Of a stretch of DNA of 64,000 nucleotides, positions 17,975 through 28,461 are shown piece by piece. Position numbers and translations under genes: made by a program. How positions within the stretch are numbered: the stretch's first letter is position 1; the number at the start of each line of letters is the position of its first letter. The stretch comes from Candidatus Methylomirabilia bacterium (GTDB taxonomy: Bacteria; Methylomirabilota; Methylomirabilia; Rokubacteriales; CSP1-6). The notes beneath the pieces are model-generated. The model was not told the origin of the DNA. It made no database searches and saw only the letters and a list, made by a program, of their open reading frames with translations. The stretch is from positions 15,120-79,119 of the forward strand of contig JBGQFW010000003.1 of NCBI GenBank assembly GCA_041497115.1. Direction: 5' to 3'.

Positions 17975-19383
17975 CAGGGCGCCGGCTCGATCGGCGTGGG
18001 CAGGCCGTGGCGCGCCTCGATCACCTCGGCGGCGTCGAGCGTGAGGTCCTCCCGGTAGCGCGCGCCGATGACCTGCACGCCCTGCGGCAGGCCGCCGGCG
18101 CGGCCGACCGGCACCGCGGTGGCCGGCAGGCCCAGCAGGTTGACGGCCAGCAGCAGCCGCTGGGCGACGTAGACCGCGGTGGCGCGGGCGAGGCTCGTCG
18201 TGTCGAAGCCGACCTCGAACGGCGGCTCCGTCGAGACGGGGCCGACCACCAGCGGGTAGCGCTCGAGGAAGAGCATCCAGTCGCGCACGTGCCGCGTGCG
18301 CTCGGCGAGCGCCTTCATGTAGCCGGCGAGGTCCACGTCGGGGGTGCCCGCCAGCGTGAAGTCGAGCGAGCGGTTGATGTCGCTTCCACCGTGCTTGCGG
18401 ATGTAGGGCTGGGTCACGTGGCGCATCTCGTTGACCACGATCGTCGACCAGCACACCGCGGCGCCGGCCACGTCGGGCGGCTCCACCTCCTCGACGGCGT
18501 AGCCGGCGGCGGCCAGCGCCGCGCCCGCCGCGCGCACGGCGGCGGCGACGTCGGGATGCACGCCGAGCCCCGACGGGTTCACGCTCAGCGCCACCCGGAT
18601 CGGCCGCGCGACGGGCGGTCCCTCGAGCGGCGCCGGCGCCCACCACGGATCGCGCGGATCGCGCGCGGCCATGGCGGCCAGCCCGAGCCGCACGTCGGCC
18701 ACGCGCCGCGCGAGCGGACCCTGCACCGACATGAGCTGCATGCCCACCGGCCGCTCCTCCGTCACGGTGGCGTTGTAGCCGGCGACGCGTCCCAGCGTGG
18801 GGCGGATGCCGGCCACGCCGCAGCAGTAGGCGGGATAGCGCACGGAGCCGCCGAGATCGTTGCCGTGGCCGAGCGGCGCGATGCCGACGGCCAGCGCCGC
18901 CGCGCAGCCGCCGCTCGAGCCGCCGGGCGTGCGGTCGCGGTGCCAGGGGTTGAAGGTGCGGCCGCGCAGGTCGTTGTCGGTGTGCCAGCGCAGGCTGAAG
19001 GCCGGCGTGTTGGTGCGCCCGACGATCACCGCGCCGGCGCGCTGCCAGGCCGCCACCGGCGGGCTGTCGATCTTCGCGATCACGTCGCGGAAGGCGACGA
19101 CGCCGTTGGTCGTCGCCTGCCCCTCCTGGTCCACGTTCTCCTTGATCGTCACCGGCACGCCGTGCAGCCGCCCGGGCGTCTCGCCACGGCGCAGCGCGGC
19201 GTCGGCGCGATCGGCAGCGGCCAGCGCCGCCTCGGCCAGCACCACCGTGACGGCGTTGAGCTTCGGGTTCACCGCCTGAAGGCGCGCCAGCACCGACTGC
19301 GTCGCCTCGCGGCTCGAGATCTTTCCCGTGCGAATGGCGGCGGCCAGGGCCGTCGCGTCCCAGCGCCAGAGCTCTGCGTCCAT
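17974..19383 (-). CDS. amidase (amidase-signature family)
   Basis: GGSSGGCAAALA and GNDLGGSVRYPA amidase-signature motifs. Its stop overlaps the ridA start. Confidence 0.9.
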   Translation of the reverse strand: MDAELWRWDATALAAAIRTGKISSREATQSVLARLQAVNPKLNAVTVVLAEAALAAADRADAALRRGETPGRLHGVPVTIKENVDQEGQATTNGVVAFRDVIAKIDSPPVAAWQRAGAVIVGRTNTPAFSLRWHTDNDLRGRTFNPWHRDRTPGGSSGGCAAALAVGIAPLGHGNDLGGSVRYPAYCCGVAGIRPTLGRVAGYNATVTEERPVGMQLMSVQGPLARRVADVRLGLAAMAARDPRDPWWAPAPLEGPPVARPIRVALSVNPSGLGVHPDVAAAVRAAGAALAAAGYAVEEVEPPDVAGAAVCWSTIVVNEMRHVTQPYIRKHGGSDINRSLDFTLAGTPDVDLAGYMKALAERTRHVRDWMLFLERYPLVVGPVSTEPPFEVGFDTTSLARATAVYVAQRLLLAVNLLGLPATAVPVGRAGGLPQGVQVIGARYREDLTLDAAEVIEARHGLPTPIEPAP

Positions 19384-19447
19384 GCTCGCCGTCTCCTCGA
19401 GACCGAAGTGGTCGCGATCTTAGCATCCCCCTCCGAGGGCGGGCGCG

Positions 19448-19477
19448 TTGACAAGGTCGCACGGGCTGGGGTATGTC
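19448..19477 (+). promoter_or_regulatory. promoter-like TTGACA, 18 nt, TATGTC upstream of the ABC importer operon
   Basis: A perfect -35 hexamer lies in the 147-bp intergenic region, and a strong SD (GAGGAGG) precedes the ATG at 19531. Confidence 0.35.
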
Positions 19478-19530
19478 TTGGCCCACCGCACACCGCCGTG
19501 TCAGCCCGGTCCGCTTCGAGGAGGAGCCCA

Positions 19531-21117
19531 ATGAGCCCATCGCGACGTGTTCTCGCTCTCGCCGCTCTCGTGCTCGCCGCCGTCGTCGCTGTCGCCGCTC
19601 CGGCCGCCGCGGCCGAGAGCACGCTGCGCGTGGTGATGCACTCGGACCTCAAGATCCTCGACCCCATCTGGACCACCGCCTACATCGTGCGCAACCACGG
19701 CTACATGATCTACGACACGCTCTTCGCGATGGACGCCAAGGGCGAGATCAAGCCGCAGATGGTGGACAAGTACGACCTGAGCGCGGACAAACTCACCTAC
19801 ACGATGCACCTGCGCGACGGCCTGCTCTGGCACGACGGCAAGCCGGTGACCGCCGAGGACTGCGTGGCGTCCATCAAGCGGTGGGCGGCCAAGGACTCGA
19901 TGGGCCAGAAGATGATGGGGTTCGTCAAGGAGATGCAGGTCGTCGACGCCCGCACCTTCAAGGTCACCCTCACCGCGCCGACCGGCCTCGTGCTGGGGGC
20001 GCTCGGCAAGCCGTCCTCCAACGTGCCGTTCATGATGCCCAAGCGGGTGGCCGACACCGATCCCAACACGCAGATCGCCGACTTCACCGGCTCCGGCCCC
20101 TTCGTGTTCAAGAAGGACGAGTGGAAGCCCGGCGACAAGACCGTCTACGTGAAGTTCGACAAGTACAAGCCGCGGCCGGAGCCGGCCTCGGGGCTGGCCG
20201 GCGGCAAGGTGGTGAAGGTGGACCGCGTGGAGTGGAAGGCGATCCCCGACCACCAGACGGCGATGAACGCGCTGCTGGCCGGCGAGGTGGACATGCTGGA
20301 AGCGCCGCCGCACGACCTCTATCCGGTGCTCAAAGCCGACCCCAACGTGCGCCTGTTCACCGCCAACCCGCTCGGCAACCAATTCACGTTCCGGTTCAAC
20401 ACGCTCCACAAGCCCTTCGACAACGTGAAGATCCGCCAGGCGGTGATGTACGCGTTCAACCAGGAGGAGTTCCTCAAGGCCGTCATCGGCGACCCCGCCT
20501 ATTACAAGACATGCAAGTCGTTCTTCCCGTGCGGCTCGCCCAACTTCACGAGCAAAGGGATGGACGGCGGTCTGCTCGAGTCCAACATGACGAAGGCCAA
20601 GGCCCTCCTCAAGGAGGGCGGCTACGACGGCACCCCGGTGGTGCTCATGCACTCGACCGACCTGGCGGTGCTGAACAACCTGGCCCCCGTGGCAAAGTCG
20701 CTCATGGAGAAGGCCGGCATGAAGGTGGACATGCAGGACATGGACTGGCAGACGCTGGTCGCGCGCCGGGCCAAGCGCGAGCCGATCGCGGCGGGCGGCT
20801 GGAACGCCTTCCTGACCTCCTGGGTGGCTGCCGACATCCTCGATCCGGTCATGGCCGGCTTCTTCAACGCCTCGTGCGAGAAGGCGATGTTCGGCTGGCC
20901 GTGCGACAAGGACATCGAGGGGCTGCGCGACGCCTACGCCCGCGAGACCAGCGTGCCCAAGCAGAAGCAGATCGCCGAGGCGGTGCAGCTGCGCGCCATC
21001 CAGTACCCGACCCACGTGCCGCTCGGGCAGTGGTACGGGGCGTTCGCGCTGCGCAAGAACGTGGACGGCGTCCTCGAGGCGCCGGTCACCGTGTTCTGGA
21101 ACGTCACCAAGAAGTAG
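19531..21117 (+). CDS. ABC transporter substrate-binding protein, family 5 (peptide/nickel/opine type)
   Basis: Signal peptide MSPSRRVLALAALVLAAVVAVAAPAAAAE followed by a DppA/OppA-like body. Confidence 0.9.
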   Translation: MSPSRRVLALAALVLAAVVAVAAPAAAAESTLRVVMHSDLKILDPIWTTAYIVRNHGYMIYDTLFAMDAKGEIKPQMVDKYDLSADKLTYTMHLRDGLLWHDGKPVTAEDCVASIKRWAAKDSMGQKMMGFVKEMQVVDARTFKVTLTAPTGLVLGALGKPSSNVPFMMPKRVADTDPNTQIADFTGSGPFVFKKDEWKPGDKTVYVKFDKYKPRPEPASGLAGGKVVKVDRVEWKAIPDHQTAMNALLAGEVDMLEAPPHDLYPVLKADPNVRLFTANPLGNQFTFRFNTLHKPFDNVKIRQAVMYAFNQEEFLKAVIGDPAYYKTCKSFFPCGSPNFTSKGMDGGLLESNMTKAKALLKEGGYDGTPVVLMHSTDLAVLNNLAPVAKSLMEKAGMKVDMQDMDWQTLVARRAKREPIAAGGWNAFLTSWVAADILDPVMAGFFNASCEKAMFGWPCDKDIEGLRDAYARETSVPKQKQIAEAVQLRAIQYPTHVPLGQWYGAFALRKNVDGVLEAPVTVFWNVTKK

Positions 21118-21165
21118 CCGGCTCCCGGGGCTCCCGCCGCCCGCGCGGCGGGAGCCGCCACCCGC

Positions 21166-22107
21166 ATGCTTGGCTACATCGGGCGCCGCCTCCTCGCCAC
21201 CATTCCCGTCATGGCGGTGGTGGCGGTCGTCGTCTTCCTGCTCCTGCGCCTGACCACCGGCGACCCCGCCGCCATCATCGCCGGCGACAACGCCACCTCG
21301 GCGGACGTCGCCGCCATCCGGACCCGGCTGGGGCTCGACCGGCCCCTCGTCACGCAGTTCGTGATCTGGATCGGCCGCCTGCTGCGGGGCGATTTCGGTG
21401 AGTCGTTCTTCTTCAAGAAGCAGGTGAGCGCGCTGATCCTCGAGCGCGTGGAGCCGACGCTGGCGCTCGCCTCCAGTACGATCGTGCTGACGGTGGCGCT
21501 GGCGATCCCGCTCGGCGTGCTCGCGGCGTGGCGCCGGGGCACCTGGCTCGATCGGGTGGTGATGGGCTTCTCCGTGCTCGGCTTCTCGGTGCCGGTGTTC
21601 GTCATCGGCTACCTGCTCATCTACCTGTTCGCCATCGAGCTCGCCTGGCTACCGGTGCAGGGGTACCAGCGCGTGAGTGACGGCCTCGGCGGCTTCCTGG
21701 AGCGGCTGATCCTGCCCAGCGTGACGCTGGCGGTCGTGTTCGTGGCGCTCATCGCGCGCATCACGCGGGCCAGCGTGCTGGAGGTCCTCAACGCCGACTA
21801 CGTGCGGACCGCGCGCGCCAAGGGGCTGGCCGAGCTGCCGGTGCTGGTGCGCCACGTGCTGCGCAACGCGGCGGTGCCCATCGTGACCGTCATCGGCGTC
21901 GGCATCGCGGTGCTGATCGGCGGGGTGGTCGTGACCGAGTCGGTCTACGCCATCCCCGGCCTCGGCCGTCTCACCGTGGACGCCGTGCTGGCGCGCGACT
22001 ACCCGACCGTGCAGGCGGTGATCCTGGTCTTCTCGGTCGTCTACGTGCTGATCAACCTGCTCGTGGACCTCTCCTACACGTTCCTCGACCCGCGAATCCG
22101 CTATTGA
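21166..22107 (+). CDS. ABC transporter permease (DppB/OppB type)
   Basis: Six TM segments and the EAA-like loop ...YVRTARAKGL. Confidence 0.9.
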   Translation: MLGYIGRRLLATIPVMAVVAVVVFLLLRLTTGDPAAIIAGDNATSADVAAIRTRLGLDRPLVTQFVIWIGRLLRGDFGESFFFKKQVSALILERVEPTLALASSTIVLTVALAIPLGVLAAWRRGTWLDRVVMGFSVLGFSVPVFVIGYLLIYLFAIELAWLPVQGYQRVSDGLGGFLERLILPSVTLAVVFVALIARITRASVLEVLNADYVRTARAKGLAELPVLVRHVLRNAAVPIVTVIGVGIAVLIGGVVVTESVYAIPGLGRLTVDAVLARDYPTVQAVILVFSVVYVLINLLVDLSYTFLDPRIRY

Positions 22108-22964
22108 GGCGGCCGGCGAACCGCAGCACCGTGCTCGGGACCGCCATCATGGCGGCGGTCGTGGCGGTGGCCGTGCTGGCGCCCCTGCTGGCGACCACCG
22201 ATCCCACGCAGATCGATCCGGCCGTGCGCAACCGCCGGCCCGGCACCGAGCTGACGATCCGCGACGACGAGGGGCGGCCCCGCGTCTTCCGCTTCTGGAT
22301 GGGCACCGACACGCTGGGGCGCGACGTCTATAGCCGCGTGGTGTACGGCGCGCGCATCTCGCTGATCGTGGGCGTGACGGTGGCGGTGGTGAGCGCGCTG
22401 GCCGGGCTCGTCATCGGCCTGCTCGCCGGCTACCTGCGCTGGCTCGACGGCATCGTCATGCGCGTGATGGACGGGCTCATGGCCATCCCGGCCATCCTGC
22501 TCGCCATCGGCCTGGTGGCGGTCTCGCGGGCGGGGCTGCGCAGCGTCATCCTCGCGCTCGTCATCCCCGAGGTGCCGCGCGTGGTGCGGCTGGTGCGCGC
22601 CCTCGTGCTCTCGCTGCGCGAGGAGCCCTACGTGGAGGCGGCGGTGGCGCTGGGCGCGCGCACGCCCGCGCTGCTGGTCCGCCACGTGCTGCCCAACACG
22701 CTGGCGCCGCTCATCGTGCAGGCGACGTTCGGCTGCGCGTCGGCGATCCTCCTGGAGGCGATCCTGTCCTTCCTCGGCGTGGGCATTCCGTCGGAGACGC
22801 CGACGTGGGGCAACATCATGGCGGAGGGACGCGCGCTGTTCCGCATCTTCCCCCACAACATCCTGTTCCCCGGCGTGTTCCTGGCCGTCACGGTGCTCGG
22901 CGTCAACATGCTGGGCGACGGCCTGCGTGACATGCTCGACCCGCGCGTGCGCAAGCGGCTCTGA
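22104..22964 (+). CDS. ABC transporter permease (DppC/OppC type)
   Basis: Overlaps the previous permease (ATGA). Typical DppC sequence. Confidence 0.9.
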   Translation: MRRPANRSTVLGTAIMAAVVAVAVLAPLLATTDPTQIDPAVRNRRPGTELTIRDDEGRPRVFRFWMGTDTLGRDVYSRVVYGARISLIVGVTVAVVSALAGLVIGLLAGYLRWLDGIVMRVMDGLMAIPAILLAIGLVAVSRAGLRSVILALVIPEVPRVVRLVRALVLSLREEPYVEAAVALGARTPALLVRHVLPNTLAPLIVQATFGCASAILLEAILSFLGVGIPSETPTWGNIMAEGRALFRIFPHNILFPGVFLAVTVLGVNMLGDGLRDMLDPRVRKRL

Positions 22965-24338
22965 ATGAGCGCCAACACCGCCGAGGTCGTGATCTGCGGC
23001 GCCGGCATCGCCGGCATCGCCGCCGCCTACCACCTGGCCGTCCGCCGCGGCCTCACCGACGTCGTGATCGTGGACGAGCGCCCGCCCCTCTCGCTCACGA
23101 GCGACAAGTCCGCCGAGTGCTATCGCAACTGGTGGCCGGGGCCGGGCGACGACATGGTGGCGCTCATGAACCGTAGCATCGACCTGCTCGAGGAGCTGGC
23201 GCGCGAGAGCGGCAACGTCTTCCGCATGAACCGGCGCGGCTACCTCTTCGCGACGGCCGATCCCGCGCGGGTGCCCCGCTTCGTGCGCGCCGCCGAGGAG
23301 GCGGCCGCCCGCGGCGTCGGCCCGGCGCGGCGGCACGACGGTCCCGGCAGCGAGTACCGCCCGTCGCCGGCGGAGGGATTCGAGGGCGAGCCCGCCGGCA
23401 CCGACGTGATCACCGACCGCTCGGTCATCCGCCGTCACCTCGGCTACCTGGCCGAGGACACCGTGGCGGTGATGCACGCGCGGCGCTGCGGCTGGTTCAG
23501 CGGCCAGCAGCTCGGCATGTACATGCTGGAGCGCGCGCGCGACAAGGGCGTGCGGCTGCTCGAGGGCAGCGTGCAGGGGGTCGAGACGTCAGGTGGCCGC
23601 GTGACCGGCGTGCGGGTCGCCGCGGCGGGTGGCAGCCGCACGCTGGCCACGCCGCGCTTCGTGGCGGCGGCGGGCCCGTTCACGAAGCGCGTGGCCGGGC
23701 TGCTCGGTGTCGAGCTGCCGCTCTTCTGCGAGCAGCACGCCAAGGCCGCCTTCGACGACGCGCTCGGCGCGCTGCCGCGCTGGGCGCCGATGACGATCTG
23801 GACCGACCCGATGCGGCTGGCGTGGTCCGACGACGAGCGCGCCGAGCTGGCCGGCTCCGAGCACCGCCACCTGCTCGACGAGTTTCCCGGCGGCGTGCAC
23901 GGACGGCCGGAGGGCGCCGGCGAGAGCCGGAGCGTGCTCCTCGTCTGGACGTACGACGCTCGGCCGACGGAGCCGCGCTTCCCGCTCGAGTTCGATCCGC
24001 TCTACGGCGAGATCCTCATCCGCGGGATGTCGCGGATGGTGCCGGCGTTCGCCGGCTACGTGCCGCGGCTGCCCCGCGCGTTCGTAGACGGCGGCTACTA
24101 CACGCGCACGCGCGAGAATCGCTTCCTGGCCGGGCCGCTGCCGGTGGAGGGCGCGTTCGTGCTGGGCGCGCTCTCCGGCTACGGCCTCATGTCCTCCAAC
24201 GGCGCCGCCGACCTGCTGGCCGACCACGTCACCGGCCGCGCGCTGCCGCGCTACGCGCCGGCGTTCCGCCTCGAGCGCTACGCCGATCCCGCCTACGTCG
24301 CCCAGCTCGCCCGCTGGGGCGACGACGGCCAGCTCTAG
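22965..24338 (+). CDS. FAD-dependent oxidoreductase (DAO family, glycine/D-amino-acid/opine oxidase-like)
   Basis: EVVICGAGIAGIAAAYHLA...DVVIVDE Rossmann dinucleotide motif. It starts 1 nt after the permease stop. Confidence 0.85.
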   Translation: MSANTAEVVICGAGIAGIAAAYHLAVRRGLTDVVIVDERPPLSLTSDKSAECYRNWWPGPGDDMVALMNRSIDLLEELARESGNVFRMNRRGYLFATADPARVPRFVRAAEEAAARGVGPARRHDGPGSEYRPSPAEGFEGEPAGTDVITDRSVIRRHLGYLAEDTVAVMHARRCGWFSGQQLGMYMLERARDKGVRLLEGSVQGVETSGGRVTGVRVAAAGGSRTLATPRFVAAAGPFTKRVAGLLGVELPLFCEQHAKAAFDDALGALPRWAPMTIWTDPMRLAWSDDERAELAGSEHRHLLDEFPGGVHGRPEGAGESRSVLLVWTYDARPTEPRFPLEFDPLYGEILIRGMSRMVPAFAGYVPRLPRAFVDGGYYTRTRENRFLAGPLPVEGAFVLGALSGYGLMSSNGAADLLADHVTGRALPRYAPAFRLERYADPAYVAQLARWGDDGQL

Positions 24339-25071
24339 ACGAGACGGGCGCGCACGCGCGAGCTCACCGTGTCCACGACGACGACCATCGCGATCATCAC
24401 GAGCAGCGCGGTGGAGGCGGCCGGATAGTCGATCATCCGCAGATAGGTTTGCAGGTAGAAGCCGATGCCGCCCGCGCCGACGAACCCCAGCACCGTCGCC
24501 GCCCGGATGTTGGACTCGAGCCGGTAGAGGACGTAGGAGAGGAAGAGCGGCAGCACCTGCGGCAGCACGCCGTAGCGCAGGACTTGCAGGCGGGTGGCGC
24601 CGGTGGCGGTGATGGCGTCCACCGGTCCCGGCTCGATGCCCTCGATCGCCTCCGAGTAGAGCTTGGCCAGCGAGGTGGTGGTGTAGGCGACGACGGCGAG
24701 GACGCCGGGGAAGGGGCCGAGACCGACCGCCGCCACGAAGATCAGCGCGTAGACGAGCGTGTCCACGCTGCGGAACAGGTTCAGCACGGTGCGGGCGGGA
24801 TAGAACAGGGGCGCCGGCGCCACGTTGCGCGCCGACACGAAGCCGAGTGGCAGCGCCAGCACGGCGGCGGTCGCGGTGCCGAGCAGCGCGATCTCCACCG
24901 TCGTCACCGCGCCGGCCACGGCCGCCGGGAACACGCGAACGTCCGGCGGCAGCATGCGCCGCAGGAAGTCGAGGATCCACGGCAGCCCGCGCGCCAGCCG
25001 CACCGGGTCGGCGCCGGTGTCCCACGCGAGCCAGCCCAGCACGGCCAGCGCGACGAAGACCGCCGCCCGCC

Positions 25072-25075
<4 letters not shown>
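24335..25075 (-). CDS. phnE: phosphonate (or phosphite) ABC transporter permease PhnE
   Basis: PhnE-like TM protein. Its stop overlaps the oxidase stop in convergent orientation. Confidence 0.8.
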
Positions 25076-25812
<737 letters not shown>

Positions 25813-25847
25813 CGGCGGCTCGACGCGGGCGGCGGCGGGCGCGGCGT

Positions 25848-26726
25848 TCAGCGCGATCGGAGGTCCAGGAGCTCGACGGCCGCCCGCACCGGGTCGTAGT
25901 CGCGATCCTCGGCGGGCGCGAAGCCGTCGATCTCGTAGAGGCGCTTGAGGAGGTCGGCGTAGGCGGGCGCCTTGATCTGCAGCAGCGCCGCCCGCACGCG
26001 CGCGAACAGCGCGGGGTCGAGCCCCTCGCGGGCGGCGATGCCGGCCTCGGGGATCTCCCCCGTCTCCGCCACGACCACGATGCGCTCGCGCTCGGCGGGG
26101 TCTTTCAGGTATTGCTCGCGCGCGAGGTCGAACGACGCGATGGCGTCCACGTGGCCGTTGAGGAGCGCGCGCATGCTGGCGTCGTGGGCGCCCGAGAAGA
26201 CGACCTCCCGGAAGAACGTCCGGGGGTCGCGGTTCTTCACGAGCCCGCGCTGGATCAGCAGCACCATCGGGTAGGTGTAGCCCGACGACGAGGTGGGGTC
26301 CACGAAGGCCATCGTCCGGCCGCGCAGCTGCTCGAGGGTCCGGATGCCGGAGTCCCGGCGCACGTAGATGCGCGCGGTGAACGAGGACTTGCCGTGCCAG
26401 ACGTTGCGCGCGACGATCGTGGCCTTCGCCTCGCGGCTGGCCCGCACGTAGCCGACCGGGTGCACGAAGGCGAGATCGGCGGTGTGGTTGCGCAGCGCCT
26501 CGATGACGGCGGCATAGTCGGAGGCGACGGTGACGCGCACCGGCACCCCGACCAGCCGGCCGAGGACGCGGCCGAACTCGTCGCCGGTCGCCAGCAGGTC
26601 GGTCGGCTTCTGCGAGGGCGTGAGCACCAGGTGCAGCGCGGGCTCGGCGGCGGACGCCGGGGGGGCGCCGCCCGGCGTCGCCACGGCGAGCGCGAGCGCG
26701 GTCACGAGGGTCGTCAGCGCGCGCAT
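25848..26726 (-). CDS. phnD: phosphonate ABC transporter substrate-binding protein PhnD
   Basis: Signal peptide MRALTTLVTALALAVATPG, followed by a PhnD/SsuA-like periplasmic domain. Confidence 0.8.
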   Translation of the reverse strand: MRALTTLVTALALAVATPGGAPPASAAEPALHLVLTPSQKPTDLLATGDEFGRVLGRLVGVPVRVTVASDYAAVIEALRNHTADLAFVHPVGYVRASREAKATIVARNVWHGKSSFTARIYVRRDSGIRTLEQLRGRTMAFVDPTSSSGYTYPMVLLIQRGLVKNRDPRTFFREVVFSGAHDASMRALLNGHVDAIASFDLAREQYLKDPAERERIVVVAETGEIPEAGIAAREGLDPALFARVRAALLQIKAPAYADLLKRLYEIDGFAPAEDRDYDPVRAAVELLDLRSR

Positions 26727-26757
26727 CGCCGGTGAGGATATAACATTGGGGCTCGTG

Positions 26758-26892
26758 CGCGAGACTCTCATCGTGGACCGGGACGCCGTCGGCGTGACGG
26801 ACGTGCTGTCCAAGCCGGTGCGCTACGAAGATCTGGTAACGGCGATCGGGCGCGCCATCGGCCCCCCGGAGGGCGGCCCTCGGGAGAGTTGA
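26758..26892 (+). pseudogene. remnant of a response-regulator receiver-domain C-terminus (no start, about 45 codons)
   Basis: LGLVRETLIVDRDAVGVTDVLSKPVRYEDLVTAIGRAIG matches the GADDYLxKPFxxxEL-V-ARI end of REC domains. Upstream it runs into antisense phnD. Confidence 0.4.
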
Positions 26893-26927
26893 CCCGGGCC
26901 CCGTCTTTGGTGACAATCCCCGGTGCC

Positions 26928-27236
26928 GTGTCCACGACCCCCACGGTGCGGAAGAGCAAGGCGAGCGCGACGCCGCGTCGCCGGCGCGCGTCCGAGCGCG
27001 CCGCGGCGCACGCGAAGATCGTGCGGCTGGTCCCGCGCCGGCTCGTCGAGCGCGTCGCGCGCGCGCTGGCCGGCCAGCCGGGGGGCGGCTGCGTCAAGTG
27101 CGGCAGCCTCTACATCGAGATCGAGCCCGCCTTCATCCACTGCCGCTACTGCGGCAGCCTCTCGCGCATCCGCGGCGCCTCGCTCCTCGCCCAGGAGGAG
27201 TACGAGATGCGCTCGGGCCTGCGCCTGGCGTCCTGA
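26928..27236 (+). CDS. hypothetical zinc-ribbon protein (C-x2-C ... C-x2-C)
   Basis: GGCVKCGSLYIEIEPAFIHCRYCGS; GC3 above 90%. The start is uncertain (TTG 26889 or GTG 26928). A promoter-like TTGACC, 17 nt, GACAAT is present at 26889-26917. Confidence 0.5.
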   Translation: MSTTPTVRKSKASATPRRRRASERAAAHAKIVRLVPRRLVERVARALAGQPGGGCVKCGSLYIEIEPAFIHCRYCGSLSRIRGASLLAQEEYEMRSGLRLAS

Positions 27237-27254
27237 CCCGACGCTGATCGGTCC

Positions 27255-28040
27255 GTGAGCGCGCTGGCCGGCGAGCGGGCGGGCGACGGCCCGCGCGCCG
27301 TCGTGCTGCTGCACGGGCTGCTCGGCTGCTCGCGCAACCTCGCCACCCTCGCCCGCGGCCTGGCCGCGCGCGACCGCTCGCTCGGCGTCGTCGCGCTCGA
27401 TCTCACCGGCCACGGCGACTCGCCGCCGCTGCCGCCCGACGCGGACTCCGCCACCCTCGCGCGCGACGTCCTTGCCACCGCCCGCGGCCTCGGCCTCGCC
27501 GGCCCGCTGACGCTCGTCGGCCACTCGCTCGGCGGCCGGGTCGCGCTGCGCGCGGCGCGGCTCGAGCCGGCGGCGGTCGGCGCGGTCACGCTGCTCGACA
27601 TCGCCCCCGGCCCGTCGTGGGGCGACGGCGTCGCGGCGATCCTCGAGATCTTGACATCGGCGCCGGCGACGTTCGCCTCGCGCGGCGCGGCGCGGGCGCA
27701 CCTGGTCGGCGGCGGGCTGGCGCCGCCGCTCGCCGAGTGGCTGCTGCTGAACCTCGCCCCCGCCGGCGAGGGCTATCGCTGGCGCGTGGATCGCGAGGCG
27801 CTGGCCGCGCTGCACGCGCGCACGGCCGGCGAGGATCTGTGGCCGGCCGTCGAGGGGGCGCGTGCGTACGCGGTGCGCTGCGTGCGCGGCGCGGCGGGCT
27901 TCGTGCGCGCCGCCGACGCCGGACGCCTCGAGGCGGCGGGGTGCCCGGTGACGACGATCGACGGCGCCGGTCATCTGCTGCACGTCGAGCGACCGCGCGA
28001 GGTGCTGGAGGCGGTGATCGCCGGGCTCTTGCCGCCCTGA
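27255..28040 (+). CDS. alpha/beta hydrolase
   Basis: VVLLHGLLG...GHSLGG nucleophile elbow and a C-terminal DGAGHLLHVE. Confidence 0.85.
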   Translation: MSALAGERAGDGPRAVVLLHGLLGCSRNLATLARGLAARDRSLGVVALDLTGHGDSPPLPPDADSATLARDVLATARGLGLAGPLTLVGHSLGGRVALRAARLEPAAVGAVTLLDIAPGPSWGDGVAAILEILTSAPATFASRGAARAHLVGGGLAPPLAEWLLLNLAPAGEGYRWRVDREALAALHARTAGEDLWPAVEGARAYAVRCVRGAAGFVRAADAGRLEAAGCPVTTIDGAGHLLHVERPREVLEAVIAGLLPP

Positions 28041-28144
28041 CACGGCGACTGTCAGCGCCGTGTCGCCCCCGCGCCGGCGGGCGCGCCAGACGCGCGGAAA
28101 CACGCGACGCCGGCTCCGGAACGGTTCTTGCTGATTCCCGGCGC

Positions 28145-28414
28145 ATGGCGTGGAAGCCGAGCCGGGCCGTCGTGCTCTCGCTGGCCGTCTCGCTGCTGGC
28201 CCTCGCGCTGGCGGTGTACGGCGCCACCGTGTCGCCCGCCGAGGCGCCGCCGCGCCCACCCGCGCCGTCGCTCTCCGCCGCGCGCTTCTTCGTGCTGCTG
28301 CCCGACGGGCGCGTCGAGCTGACCGACGCGTGGACCCGGCGCGTCTTCCGCTGGGACGGCCAGCGGTGGCGGGAGCTCGAGTCGCTCGCCCTGCCGCGCC
28401 CGCCGTCGCGCTGA
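28145..28414 (+). CDS. hypothetical small exported/membrane protein
   Basis: MAWKPSRAVVLSLAVSLLALALAVYGA signal/TM segment; GC3 about 95% in this frame. Confidence 0.5.
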   Translation: MAWKPSRAVVLSLAVSLLALALAVYGATVSPAEAPPRPPAPSLSAARFFVLLPDGRVELTDAWTRRVFRWDGQRWRELESLALPRPPSR

Positions 28415-28440
28415 GCGCGGCCTGGCCGGCGTGGCCGACG

Positions 28441-28446
28441 TATAAT
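28441..28446 (+). promoter_or_regulatory. perfect TATAAT -10 box 16 nt upstream of the tag ATG
   Basis: cgacgTATAATccggccgctgccgccATG. Confidence 0.3.
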
Positions 28447-28461
28447 CCGGCCGCTGCCGCC

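Noticed and set aside
17588-19540. 650-aa minus ORF
   Set aside because: Only the last 128 codons (RidA) are genuine. The rest is Arg/Gly-rich antisense of the amidase gene, which itself sits in a different minus frame.
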